NCBI GenBank assembly: GCA_036263155.1
Contig: DATAHN010000085.1
Location: forward strand, 531 to 64,530
DNA length: 64,000 bases
DNA from: Gammaproteobacteria bacterium
GTDB taxonomy: Bacteria; Pseudomonadota; Gammaproteobacteria; Natronospirales; REEB76
Reading direction: 5' to 3'
This document shows positions 31,323 to 39,808 of this stretch, one piece after another (position 1 is the stretch's first letter; each line of letters opens with the position of its first letter). The notes under the pieces were generated by a model. That model searched no databases and was not told where the DNA came from. It saw only the letters and a list, made by a program, of their open reading frames with translations. The translations under genes were made by a program, and so were the position numbers.

Positions 31323-31661
31323 TCAGACCTTGGAAGGCGTCAGCGCGCGCGTTACGACGAGGCCGATCAGGAAGCTGATGCCGCTGGCGATGAGCAGGGA
31401 CCGCCAGGGGTTCTCCTGGACGTAGGCATCCGTGGCCCGCGCCGTAGCCCTGCTTTTCTCGACGACGAACCGCTCGGCCGAAGCCAGCCGCTCAGCCACC
31501 TTGGCGCTGACGGCAGTCATGTTCTCGCTGCCCTGGGCGGCGGCCTCTCCCAGCAAGCGCTCGCCACCGGAGACGACGGACTTGAAATCCGAGGATAGCT
31601 GTTCCTTGCCGGCGGAGATGCGATCCCTGCTGGACTGCTGTGAAGGGGTATTGCTGCTCAT
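31323..31661 (-). CDS. yqjD: YqjD/ElaB family (DUF883) tail-anchored protein
   Basis: I placed the start at ATG 31661 (MSSNTPSQ). The C-terminal region YVQENPWRSLLIASGISFLIGLVVTR matches the DUF883 signature ENPW plus a TM helix. Confidence 0.7.
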   Translation of the reverse strand: MSSNTPSQQSSRDRISAGKEQLSSDFKSVVSGGERLLGEAAAQGSENMTAVSAKVAERLASAERFVVEKSRATARATDAYVQENPWRSLLIASGISFLIGLVVTRALTPSKV

Positions 31662-31918
31662 TGATATGTACTCCTGGTGACTTGAGTGGTTCCGAAGGCC
31701 GGATCTCACTTCAGCGACGATGCCGTGAAGCCGGCTCAGATGACCATACAGCATGGAAGGAGCACTCTTTAGTGCACTGGTCCTCAGAACGGACGCGACA
31801 CGAAAGAAATCCTCCGCGCGATCCGCGCGAGCATGAAGCGGGAGCGGCACAAGATGGGTCGCGCCGTCACGACATGGGCGACGCAGGGATGCAACGGCCG
31901 GCTCAGTCTGCCGGAAAG

Positions 31919-31944
31919 AGGACGGGGCCTCACGGCCCCGTCCT
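31919..31944 (-). terminator. GC-rich hairpin downstream of the bufABCD operon (possible terminator)
   Basis: The stem is GACGGGGCC/GGCCCCGTC with loop TCAC. On the minus strand it is followed only by CTTTCC, a weak U-tract. It lies 150 nt after the doxX stop. Confidence 0.4.
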
Positions 31945-32093
31945 TGTCACAGCTCTCAGGCTGGGCGCAGCTTGAGGAACAATTTCATCAGCAAATAGTC
32001 CACCGAGTGCTGCCCCGGGTCCGCCGCATGCGGCGGACACCCCGCCAGGGATGGCGGGGCGGGGAGGTGCTCCATGGATGGGTTATTTCACAA

Positions 32094-32594
32094 CTACCAG
32101 CCAGATGGCCGGAGTTTCGGAAACCAACGCATCAGCAAGTAATCAAGAGACAACTTGCCCGGACCGTACACGAAGGTCACCAGCAACATCAGACCCCAGA
32201 TCTTGTGGTCATTGAAGCCGTCGCCGAAGAGGCCGGTCCAGAAGCCATCCGGCCACAGGTCCGGGTAGGACACCACGCAGATGATGTTATAGACGAACAT
32301 GAACCCCGCCGAGAGGCGGCCGAACAGGCCGATGGCGAGCAGCACCGGCACCGTGAGCTCGATGCCGGTGCCGAGGTAGGCGGCGAAGTCCGGCGGCAGC
32401 AGCGGCACGTGGTACTCGTTCTCGAAGATGGCGATGGTCGAATCCATGTTGTGGATCTTCACCAGGCCGGCGCGGAAGAACGCGTCCGCCACCCACAGGC
32501 GCAGCGCCAGGTCCACCAGCGGCCTGAGGTACTGCAACCAGCCCACACCCTTGTAGTAATAGTCATGCGCTCGCGCGAAAGCCTTCATCCCCAT
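32094..32594 (-). CDS. bufD: DoxX family membrane protein (BufD position)
   Basis: 166 aa with 4 TM segments. LALRLWVADAFFRAGLVK is DoxX-like. It is the last gene of the DUF2282-DUF692-DUF2063 operon. Confidence 0.8.
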   Translation of the reverse strand: MGMKAFARAHDYYYKGVGWLQYLRPLVDLALRLWVADAFFRAGLVKIHNMDSTIAIFENEYHVPLLPPDFAAYLGTGIELTVPVLLAIGLFGRLSAGFMFVYNIICVVSYPDLWPDGFWTGLFGDGFNDHKIWGLMLLVTFVYGPGKLSLDYLLMRWFPKLRPSGW

Positions 32595-32610
32595 CCTCCC
32601 CTCGCTTGTT

Positions 32611-33369
32611 TCAGAAATAGAAGCTGGTCAGGATCTCGTCCCGCACCAGCGCCGCGAACTTCTCCTGCACGTCGAAATGCGGTTCCTGCTGCAGTGCCGC
32701 GCCGCAGGCATCCTCGAAGGTCCCACCCCGGCACAGCCGCCTCAGGAAGGCATATTCCCCCGGCGTGAGCAGGCGCATCTCCACGTCCAGCCTGGGCCGC
32801 GAGAGCAGCACGCATTCGCCGCCACGCGTGAAGTCCAGCTCTCCCTCGGGCTCCGCCTGCTGGCAGAACTGCCAGATGCTGAGGATGGGGAAGCGCGAAT
32901 CCAGGGCCCGCGCCGCGGGCTGATGATGGAAGCACAGTTCAGGCAGTCGCTCCTCGGGCACCTGTGCCAGGGAGTGCAGGTCCATGGGCAGGTGCGGCGC
33001 CGCGATGGCGGTCTGCAGGCGGCGCCATTCCAGCGCCGCCACGTCGCCGAGATACGGCAGCGACGCGGCAGGGGCGTAGCCCTGCAGGAACACCGGGAAG
33101 GCGCCGCCGTAGTCCTGCACGTTGCCGCTATGGGAAGGGTTGTGCGCGATGTACTCAGCCGCCGCGGCGGCGAAGAACGCCTCCCCTACCAGCCGCTCGG
33201 TCACGGGATAGGTCGCCCGCAGGGCGCCCTGCAAGGCGCTGAGATGGTTGTGGCGGTAGACCTGCAGGCGGCGCGCACCCGGCAGGCCGCGCTCACGCAG
33301 CGGCAGCGCCGCGTCTCCGCCACGCAGGGCATGGGCGAACCGGCGTTGCAGTTCAGGCAGCGGCTGCAT
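32611..33369 (-). CDS. bufC: DUF2063 (BufC) MNIO partner protein
   Basis: 252 aa. QRRFAHALRGGD...RRLQVYRHNHLSALQGALRATYPVTERLVGEAFFAAAAAEYIAHNPS is a typical DUF2063 N-terminal domain. It overlaps the bufB 3' end by 17 nt. Confidence 0.8.
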   Translation of the reverse strand: MQPLPELQRRFAHALRGGDAALPLRERGLPGARRLQVYRHNHLSALQGALRATYPVTERLVGEAFFAAAAAEYIAHNPSHSGNVQDYGGAFPVFLQGYAPAASLPYLGDVAALEWRRLQTAIAAPHLPMDLHSLAQVPEERLPELCFHHQPAARALDSRFPILSIWQFCQQAEPEGELDFTRGGECVLLSRPRLDVEMRLLTPGEYAFLRRLCRGGTFEDACGAALQQEPHFDVQEKFAALVRDEILTSFYF

Positions 33370-34213
33370 GGCACCGTCCGAGGTGGCTCTCGGCCTTGGC
33401 GGCCTCGGTCATGAGCGTGCCGAACGACGGCAGATCGTTGTCCCATTCGATGAGCGTGGGCTTGGGGCCCATGAGCTCGAGGGCGTGGACGTACAGCGCC
33501 CACACCGGGTCCGCCACCGGTCGGCTGTGGCTGTCTATTAGAAGAGCACCCGGCTCCAGCTCCCTGCGCAGGTGGCCGGCGAGGTGGATCTCCTCCACGT
33601 CACGGGCCGGGATGGACGCGAGGTAGCGTCGCGCATCGAAGCCGTGGTTCTCGGCGCTCACGTAGATGTTGTTCACGTCGAGCAGGATGCCGCAGCCGGA
33701 ACGGGCAGCCACCTCCCGCAGGAAGTCCCATTCCGGGATCGTCGAGTGCTCGAACTCGAGATAGCTTGAGACATTTTCGACCAGCAAGCGCCGGCCGAGC
33801 CGGTCCTGGGCCTCGGCGATGCGCGCGGTCACGTGCGCGAGCGCTTCCTCGGTGTAGGGCAACGGCAGGAGGTCATGCAGGTGGGAACCGGCGGCGGTCC
33901 AGCACAGGTGCTCGGAGACGAGCGCGGGACTGAAACGCGCGATGGCCTGCTTGAGGTGCTGCAGGTGCGCCGCGTCCAAGGGATCGCAGCCGCCCAGGGA
34001 CAGGCCCACGCCGTGCAGGCTCAGGGCATAGTCGCGGCGCACGGCATCCAGTTCGGCGACCGCGCGGCCGCCGGGCGCGAAGTAGTTCTCGCTGTGGACT
34101 TCGAACCAGGCGACGGCGGGCTTGTGCTCGAGCACTTCCCGCACGTGGGGCGCCCGGAGGCCGATCCCCGCGCGTGCGGGGACCGGGTCCGGACGGGATA
34201 CCGTGGTATCCAT
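33353..34213 (-). CDS. bufB: MNIO family (DUF692, BufB) oxidase
   Basis: I placed the start at ATG 34213 (MDTTVSRPDP). It carries [56 protein letters not shown] and IEWD. The track ORF extension to 34606 runs through bufA and was rejected. Confidence 0.9.
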   Translation of the reverse strand: MDTTVSRPDPVPARAGIGLRAPHVREVLEHKPAVAWFEVHSENYFAPGGRAVAELDAVRRDYALSLHGVGLSLGGCDPLDAAHLQHLKQAIARFSPALVSEHLCWTAAGSHLHDLLPLPYTEEALAHVTARIAEAQDRLGRRLLVENVSSYLEFEHSTIPEWDFLREVAARSGCGILLDVNNIYVSAENHGFDARRYLASIPARDVEEIHLAGHLRRELEPGALLIDSHSRPVADPVWALYVHALELMGPKPTLIEWDNDLPSFGTLMTEAAKAESHLGRCHAAAA

Positions 34214-34233
34214 GGCGAATCCCCTGTCGGGAC

Positions 34234-34503
34234 TCAGCCCTTCTTGGCGGGAGCGGTAGTGGTGCCGCCGGCCAGCTTCTCGCACAGCCCCTTCGGCAGG
34301 TACACGAAGGCATCCGCCTGGCGGTCCTTGGTAGCGCTGCCGGCGCAGGAGTTGGTGGCGGTGGCGCAGTCGTTCTGGTGAGCGGCGGCCACGCCGAAGC
34401 ACTTCTCCTGGGCGGGCTTGTCGGCCGCCATGGCGGACGCGGCGGCGAGGGTCGCGACACCCGCCACGGCGGCGGTGATGGCGAGCTTGATGTCTCTGTT
34501 CAT
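34234..34503 (-). CDS. bufA: Bufferin precursor, DUF2282 (4-Cys) class
   Basis: 89 aa with a GGAGGA RBS. The signal peptide ends ...AAASAMA|ADK. The core EKCFGVAAAHQNDCATATNSCAGSATKDRQADAFVYLPKGLCEKLAGG matches the DUF2282 pattern. Confidence 0.85.
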   Translation of the reverse strand: MNRDIKLAITAAVAGVATLAAASAMAADKPAQEKCFGVAAAHQNDCATATNSCAGSATKDRQADAFVYLPKGLCEKLAGGTTTAPAKKG

Positions 34504-34844
34504 GGGTCCAATCCTCCACTTGGGTTTTGAAGATTTTTCGCGGGAATCCCCGCATCCAGACTACTCGAAAGCCGCCCGGATGGAGGCACCCGCCTCTGCC
34601 TCCCAAGACCGCCGCCCCCCCCGATTTGTTACGCCGGAGGCGGTTTCCTGACTGATTTCATTAGGTAATCCGGGCCGGGGCCTGTATAATGCCCCCCGAG
34701 TTTGACGTGGCACGATCCGGTCTCAAGTCCCCGCAAACCTGTCGCGGCGTACCTTCCAAAGTATCCCCGATCCTTAAGTAACCCATCCATGCCTGGACCG
34801 GCAGTGCGCCTCAAGTGCGCCAGCAGGCTTCTCCAGGAGCAAAA

Positions 34845-36158
34845 ATGTCATTCGATTCCCTCGGCCTTTCGGCCGAACTGCTGCGTGCTGTCAAGGAACA
34901 GGGCTACACCGAGCCCACCCCGGTACAGGCGCGCGCCATCCCGGTGGTCATCTCCGGCCGCGACCTGCAGGCCGCCGCCCAGACGGGCACCGGTAAGACC
35001 GCAGGCTTCACCCTGCCCCTGCTGCAGCGGCTGCATACCGTCGCCGCCCCCGCCGGGGGACACAAGTATCCGGTGCGGGCGCTGATCCTCACCCCCACCC
35101 GCGAACTCGCCGCCCAGGTGGCCGAGAGCGTCTCCGCCTACGGCAAGTACCTGCGCTTCTCGAGCGCGGTGATCTTCGGCGGCGTGAACATCAACCCCCA
35201 GATCGACAAGCTGCGCCGCGGCGTGGACATCGTGATCGCCACCCCGGGCCGGCTGCTGGACCACGTCGAGCAGCGAACCATCGACCTCTCAAGGGTCGAG
35301 ATCCTGGTGCTGGACGAGGCGGACCGCATGCTGGACATGGGCTTCATCCGCGACATCCGCCGGGTGCTGGCGCTGCTGCCGGTGAACCGGCAGAACCTCA
35401 TGTTCTCCGCCACCTTCTCCGACGAGATCCGCGCGCTCGCCGCCGGCATCTTGCGCGCGCCCGAGACCATCGACGTGGCGCCGCGCAACTCCACCGCGGA
35501 GCGCGTCAGCCAGCGCATCTACCCCGTGGACCAGGGCAAGAAGCGCGCGCTGCTCTCCAAGCTCATCACCGAGGGCGACTGGAAGCAGGTGCTGGTGTTC
35601 ACCCGCACCAAGCACGGCGCCAACCGCCTGGCCGAGCAGCTCGGCAAGGACGGCATCCATTCCGCCGCCATCCACGGCAACAAGAGCCAGGGTGCGCGCA
35701 CGCGCGCGCTGGCGGACTTCAAGTCCAACCGGGTGCGGGTGCTGGTGGCGACCGACATCGCCGCGCGCGGGCTGGACATCGACCAGCTGCCGCACGTCGT
35801 CAACTACGAGCTGCCGAACGTGCCGGAGGATTACGTGCACCGTATCGGCCGCACCGGCCGTGCCGGCAGCTCTGGCGAGGCCATCTCGCTGGTGGCGGGC
35901 GCCGAGCGCAGTCTGCTGCGGGACATCGAGCGGCTGCTGCGGGCCGAGCTGCCGCGCACGGTAGTGCCAGGCTTCGAGCCGGGCAGCGGCGGTGGCGAGG
36001 AACCTGACAACCGTCCGCCGCGCCAGCACCATGGACAGCGCCGCCACTCCGGCGGCGGCCAGCGCCAAGGCGGTGGACATCACCATGGCCACGGGCGTGG
36101 CCAGGGTCGCGGCAATGGCCAGCGCCGCAACGGCAACAGCGGCAGCGGCAATCGCTAG
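34845..36158 (+). CDS. rhlE: ATP-dependent DEAD-box RNA helicase RhlE
   Basis: I placed the start at ATG 34845, with an AGGAG RBS. It has the Q motif, [34 protein letters not shown] and a basic Gly/Arg/His-rich tail. Confidence 0.9.
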   Translation: MSFDSLGLSAELLRAVKEQGYTEPTPVQARAIPVVISGRDLQAAAQTGTGKTAGFTLPLLQRLHTVAAPAGGHKYPVRALILTPTRELAAQVAESVSAYGKYLRFSSAVIFGGVNINPQIDKLRRGVDIVIATPGRLLDHVEQRTIDLSRVEILVLDEADRMLDMGFIRDIRRVLALLPVNRQNLMFSATFSDEIRALAAGILRAPETIDVAPRNSTAERVSQRIYPVDQGKKRALLSKLITEGDWKQVLVFTRTKHGANRLAEQLGKDGIHSAAIHGNKSQGARTRALADFKSNRVRVLVATDIAARGLDIDQLPHVVNYELPNVPEDYVHRIGRTGRAGSSGEAISLVAGAERSLLRDIERLLRAELPRTVVPGFEPGSGGGEEPDNRPPRQHHGQRRHSGGGQRQGGGHHHGHGRGQGRGNGQRRNGNSGSGNR

Positions 36159-36178
36159 AGATTGACGGGGGACGTCGA

Positions 36179-36208
36179 AGCCCGCGGTGCGAGCCGCGGG
36201 CTTTTTTT
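36179..36208 (+). terminator. Rho-independent terminator after rhlE
   Basis: The stem AGCCCGCGG/CCGCGGGCT is followed by T7 (36202-36208). Confidence 0.75.
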
Positions 36209-36797
36209 ATGCGCGCCTGAGTCTGGCTTCAAGACCTGACTTCACGCCGGGCCATTCGTCGTCCAGGATGCTGAAGTAGACCGTATCCCGGATACGGCCT
36301 GAGTAGGTCATGGTGTGCCTGCGCAGGATGCCGTCCTGCTTCGCGCCGAGCCGCAGGATGGCGGCACGGGATCTCTCGTTCAGACCATCTGTCTTCAGTT
36401 CCACCCGGGTGCAACCCAGCACCTCGAAGGCGTGGCGCAGCATCAGGTACTTGGCCTCGGTGTTCACGGCACTGCGCTGCCAGGGCTTGCCGATCCAGGT
36501 CCAGCCGATCTCCAGGCGCCCGTCCGGCACGCTGATGTTGGCGTAGCGGGTGCAGCCCACGACCTGGCCCGTATCTTTCAGCGTGGTGGTGAACGGCACG
36601 GACATGCCGCGGCGCTGCTCATCCAGCGCGAGCTCCACGTATGCCTGCATCTGCTGCCGGTCCAGCACCCGCGTGGGTATCCACCGCCACAGCTCTGGGT
36701 CCAGGCCCACGGCGCAGAGGCCCTCCAGGTGGCCGAGACCCAGGGGTACGAGGCGCACCTGGGTACCCTCGAGGGTGACGGGCGCGGGCTTGATCAC
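36207..36797 (-). CDS. GNAT family N-acetyltransferase (RimJ/RimL-like)
   Basis: I chose the GTG at 36797 (VIKPAPVTLEGTQVRLVPL), which overlaps the stop of the upstream membrane gene. IGWTWIGKPWQRSAVNTEAKYLMLRHAFEVLGCTRVELKTD is typical. The N-terminal 226 codons of track ORF 36207-37475 were rejected. Confidence 0.7.
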   Translation of the reverse strand: MIKPAPVTLEGTQVRLVPLGLGHLEGLCAVGLDPELWRWIPTRVLDRQQMQAYVELALDEQRRGMSVPFTTTLKDTGQVVGCTRYANISVPDGRLEIGWTWIGKPWQRSAVNTEAKYLMLRHAFEVLGCTRVELKTDGLNERSRAAILRLGAKQDGILRRHTMTYSGRIRDTVYFSILDDEWPGVKSGLEARLRRA

Positions 36798-37336
36798 GTG
36801 GGGGCGTTGCGGCGCACGAACACGCGCATCGAGTAGACGCTGAGGATGCACACGCCCACGCCGATGCTGGACTCCACGAAGCGCAGGAACGCGTTCAGGA
36901 ACGGCGGCACGCCCGGCGAGGACTGGCTCAGGGCGGCGATGATGACCACCGTGGCGGCGGCGAGGCGCGCGTACTCGAAGATGTCCACCAGGTAGCAGAT
37001 GGCGAGCGTCAGGCCGGCGCAGAGTGCCATGCCGACCATGCTGAAGCCGAACAGCGTGAGGTAGAGTCCGGCGATGAGCGCGCCGATGAAGGTGCCGATG
37101 CTGCGCAGCAGCGAGGACTTCAGGGTCTCGCGGATGGTACTCTGCAGGACCACCAGGCCGGAGATCACCGACCACACCCCGCCCACCTCCGCCGAGGGGC
37201 CGTGGAAGATGGCGGTGAAGCGCGAGCCCAGGTAGTAGGCCAGCAGCGTGATGAGCACGCCCTCGGCCGCGATGACCAGGGTCATGCGCCGCGGCTTGCG
37301 GAAGATGGTACGGGACCGCCAGGCGATGGGGCGCAT
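36794..37336 (-). CDS. Small integral membrane protein (FUSC/aromatic acid exporter-like)
   Basis: 180 aa starting at ATG 37336, which overlaps the can stop by 1 nt. It has about 5 TM helices. The family call is from memory only. Confidence 0.45.
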   Translation of the reverse strand: MRPIAWRSRTIFRKPRRMTLVIAAEGVLITLLAYYLGSRFTAIFHGPSAEVGGVWSVISGLVVLQSTIRETLKSSLLRSIGTFIGALIAGLYLTLFGFSMVGMALCAGLTLAICYLVDIFEYARLAAATVVIIAALSQSSPGVPPFLNAFLRFVESSIGVGVCILSVYSMRVFVRRNAPT

Positions 37337-37992
37337 CAGAACGTGGCGCCGGGCATGACCTTCTGGGCCAGGAACGTCTCCAGCTCCTTGGCGCCGCTGA
37401 TGTCCACGCCGATCTCCTTGAGCAGCCCGCTCTGCAGGCGGTAGACCCAGCCGTGCACGTTGAGCGGCTGGCCACGCGCCCAGGCGTCCAGCACGATGGT
37501 GGTGCGGCAGACGTGCAGCACCTGCTCGATGACGTTGAGCTCGCAGAGCCGGTCGAGGCGCGTCTCCTGGGTGGGACGGATGCCGATATCGGATTCGTAC
37601 TTCTCGGCGACGTCCTTCACATGCCGGAGCCAGTTGTCGATGAGGCCCAGGGAGGCGTTGCCGTAGGCGGCCTGCACGCCGCCGCAGCCGTAGTGACCGC
37701 AGACGATCACGTGCTCGACCTTGAGCACGTCCACCGCGTACTGCAGCACCGAGAGGCAGTTGAGGTCGGTGTGCACCACCACGTTCGCCACGTTGCGGTG
37801 CACGAACACTTCGCCCGGCATGAGGCCGATGATCTCGTTGGCGGGCACGCGGCTGTCGGCGCAGCCGATCCACAGGTACTTGGGGTTCTGCTGGGCGGAG
37901 AGCCGCCGGAAGAAGTCCGGCTTTTCCTTGACGATACCTTCTGCCCACGCCCGATTGTTGGCGAAGAGTTCCGGAAGCTTGTTCTTGTTCAT
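37336..37992 (-). CDS. can: Beta-class carbonic anhydrase
   Basis: 218 aa. CADSRVPANEI and VCGHYGCGGV (zinc ligands) are present and the protein is collinear with E. coli Can. Confidence 0.9.
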   Translation of the reverse strand: MNKNKLPELFANNRAWAEGIVKEKPDFFRRLSAQQNPKYLWIGCADSRVPANEIIGLMPGEVFVHRNVANVVVHTDLNCLSVLQYAVDVLKVEHVIVCGHYGCGGVQAAYGNASLGLIDNWLRHVKDVAEKYESDIGIRPTQETRLDRLCELNVIEQVLHVCRTTIVLDAWARGQPLNVHGWVYRLQSGLLKEIGVDISGAKELETFLAQKVMPGATF

Positions 37993-38034
37993 GCCATCTG
38001 CCCCTCGATGATCATGGTTGCTCTCTCCTGCCGT

Positions 38035-38739
38035 TCAATCGCCGCCGAAGCGGAAGGAATCCAGGAACGCGGCGGCGCGTCCGTCCGCCGCCAGGGCCTT
38101 GTCTATCGCGTCATCCCCCGCGGCCGGCGGCCCGGGCGGCGGCGCGACGCAGGCCTTGCAGCCCATGGGCCACTCCATCCACAGCACCGCGACCTTGCCC
38201 TCGCGGGCGGCCGTGTACATCAGTATATAGGCGGTGTAATCCTCGGCCATCCACTGCGGATCCTGGGTCAGTGTGGTCATCGGCGTGCGCTCGGTGTAGA
38301 GCCGCAGCAGGCCCTCGGTGGCGGCGGTGTGCCAGGGCCGTTCCTCCACCAGTCGCATGGGCTCGACCCGCGCCGCCACCATCTGGCGGGCGAAGAACCG
38401 CATGGCGCCATCCGCCACGCGGCCGATGTCCGGCGCGGAGCGACCGTCGCTGGAGAACTCCTCCGCGTAGGCACGGTAGTACTCTCCCGGCCTGTCGAGC
38501 GGCATGAAGCTCGCATAGCTCAGGTTCGGGTGGTACTCCTCCGTGAGGCTGAGGTTGCGGTAGGCCGGGTCCGAGGGTGCAACGGGCGTAGTCACGCCGA
38601 ACCAGTCGCGCATGTCATGGTAGCGGCCCTGGTCCAGGTGGCCGTACAGCACGCCCTTGACCAGCACCGGGCCAGGCGCAGGTGCGGGTGCGCCGGCGCA
38701 ACCGGCCAGCAGCAGCGGCAGCAGGAGGCGCAGCCTCAA
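38035..38739 (-). CDS. Hypothetical lipoprotein
   Basis: I propose a TTG start at 38739, overlapping the DUF1272 stop (TTGA), which gives MRLRLLLPLLLAGC (lipobox). There is no ATG between this point and the lipobox. No family was recognised. Confidence 0.5.
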   Translation of the reverse strand: MRLRLLLPLLLAGCAGAPAPAPGPVLVKGVLYGHLDQGRYHDMRDWFGVTTPVAPSDPAYRNLSLTEEYHPNLSYASFMPLDRPGEYYRAYAEEFSSDGRSAPDIGRVADGAMRFFARQMVAARVEPMRLVEERPWHTAATEGLLRLYTERTPMTTLTQDPQWMAEDYTAYILMYTAAREGKVAVLWMEWPMGCKACVAPPPGPPAAGDDAIDKALAADGRAAAFLDSFRFGGD

Positions 38740-38975
38740 GCGGCGCAGTCGGGGTTGTGCACCCGCCGAGTGGAAGCGGGATATTTCTGCAGCCAGCGCG
38801 CGGGACGCATAGGCCGGGGCTTCAAGTCGCCGCCGCAGTTGGGGCAGATACCCTTGAGGCGCTCGCTGGCGCAGGCGGCGCAGTAGGTGCACTCGATGGT
38901 GCAGATCATGGCTTCGGCGGAATCCGGCGGCAGGTCCTTGTCGCAGCATTCGCAGTTGGGGCGCATCTCGAGCAT
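38736..38975 (-). CDS. DUF1272 Cys-rich (zinc-ribbon-like) protein
   Basis: 79 aa starting at ATG 38975, with a GGAGAG RBS. MRPNCECCDKDLPPDSAEAMICTIECTYCAACASERLKGICPNCGGDL matches the DUF1272 pattern. The longer track ORF (to 39245) was rejected. Confidence 0.7.
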   Translation of the reverse strand: MLEMRPNCECCDKDLPPDSAEAMICTIECTYCAACASERLKGICPNCGGDLKPRPMRPARWLQKYPASTRRVHNPDCAA

Positions 38976-38985
38976 GGCTCTCTCC

Positions 38986-39600
38986 TCAGAACGGATGGGA
39001 CGCGGGCGGCGCGAGGGTGACCGGCGCCGGCGGCGCGATGGCCGGCAGCGTGGAAGTGGCGGCGGGCGGCGGAGCATCCAGCCCCAGGCCGTAGCGCGCG
39101 TTGAAGCACAGGAGGTGCGCGGTGGGATACGGCAGGAATGCGTTCCGGGCGTAGTCGTAGGCCCAGGCGGATTCGAAGCGGTCGAACCACTGCTTGTCCG
39201 GGTCGTAATCCACCACCGCCACCACGCGGGAGTTGGGCGCACCATCGTCCATGCAGTTGCCCAGGGCGAACATCTGCCCTGCCTTCAGCAGCGGCACGTC
39301 CTGTACCGCCACTACCTGCCAGACCTGGGTGAGTTGCTTGGGCGTGGTGTTCTGGTCCGCGCTCAGCAGGTAATGGTCACCCTGCCACACCAGGGACATG
39401 CCCCAGTCCACGCCGGGATGGGACTCGTCGAACTGCATGGTGTCCTGGTCCACCAGGTACTTGGGTCCGTATACCTGTTTCGGATCCTTGCCTAGGTAGC
39501 GGTTGATCTCCTTGGGCACACAGGCGCAGGCCAGGAGCGCCGCCAGGGCAACCAGGAACATGCGGCAGGGGATGCGCTGTAAAAAGACCCGAGACTGCAT
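38986..39600 (-). CDS. Hypothetical lipoprotein
   Basis: 204 aa. The signal/lipobox is FLVALAALLACAC and the C-terminal tail is Pro/Ala-rich. It ends 10 nt upstream of the DUF1272 start. No family was recognised. Confidence 0.5.
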   Translation of the reverse strand: MQSRVFLQRIPCRMFLVALAALLACACVPKEINRYLGKDPKQVYGPKYLVDQDTMQFDESHPGVDWGMSLVWQGDHYLLSADQNTTPKQLTQVWQVVAVQDVPLLKAGQMFALGNCMDDGAPNSRVVAVVDYDPDKQWFDRFESAWAYDYARNAFLPYPTAHLLCFNARYGLGLDAPPPAATSTLPAIAPPAPVTLAPPASHPF

Positions 39601-39646
39601 GGGCCCATTCTAACGTGGCGCGCCACGCGGGTCTTGGACCAGATGC

Positions 39647-39674
39647 TTGACAGGGAGCGGGCCAGCCCTAAGAT
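39647..39674 (+). promoter_or_regulatory. Sigma-70-like promoter (TTGACA-16 nt-TAAGAT)
   Basis: A perfect -35 TTGACA sits at 39647-39652, followed by a 16-nt spacer and TAAGAT at 39669-39674. It stands out in an otherwise GC-rich context. Confidence 0.5.
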
Positions 39675-39779
39675 AGCCGCCCCATGAAGACCACCCGCCT
39701 CCACCGCACGGTGCAGCAAGCGAGCCGACAACCCTAAGGTCCGGCACTGGGCAGTCCTGCCCGCATGTTTTCCTTAAGA

Positions 39780-39808
39780 AAACCGCCGGATAGGCGGTTT
39801 CTTTTTTT
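39780..39808 (+). terminator. Rho-independent terminator in the leader of the LysE-family gene
   Basis: The stem AAACCGCC/GGCGGTTT has loop GGATA and is followed by C then T7 (39802-39808). No plus-strand CDS of 60 aa or more (the track cutoff) ends upstream of it. Confidence 0.75.

Noticed and set aside
31640-32768. Plus-strand ORFs 31640-31975 and 31833-32768 in or near the yqjD-doxX spacer
   Set aside because: They have no RBS and an Arg/His/Gly-rich composition. The second overlaps the DoxX and BufC genes antisense. The spacer more likely holds the yqjD promoter and the operon-terminating hairpins.
34214-34606. N-terminal extension of the BufB ORF (33353-34606), and similar fused ORF extensions at 15887-16396, 36798-37475, 37337-37948 and 38740-38949
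   Set aside because: These extensions run through neighbouring genes in other frames. Internal starts restore canonical N-termini, RBSs and ATGA/TTGA coupling.
34702-34720. TGGCACG sequence resembling the -24 element of a sigma-54 promoter upstream of rhlE
   Set aside because: The required -12 TTGC element is absent at the correct spacing; the sequence there reads GGTC.
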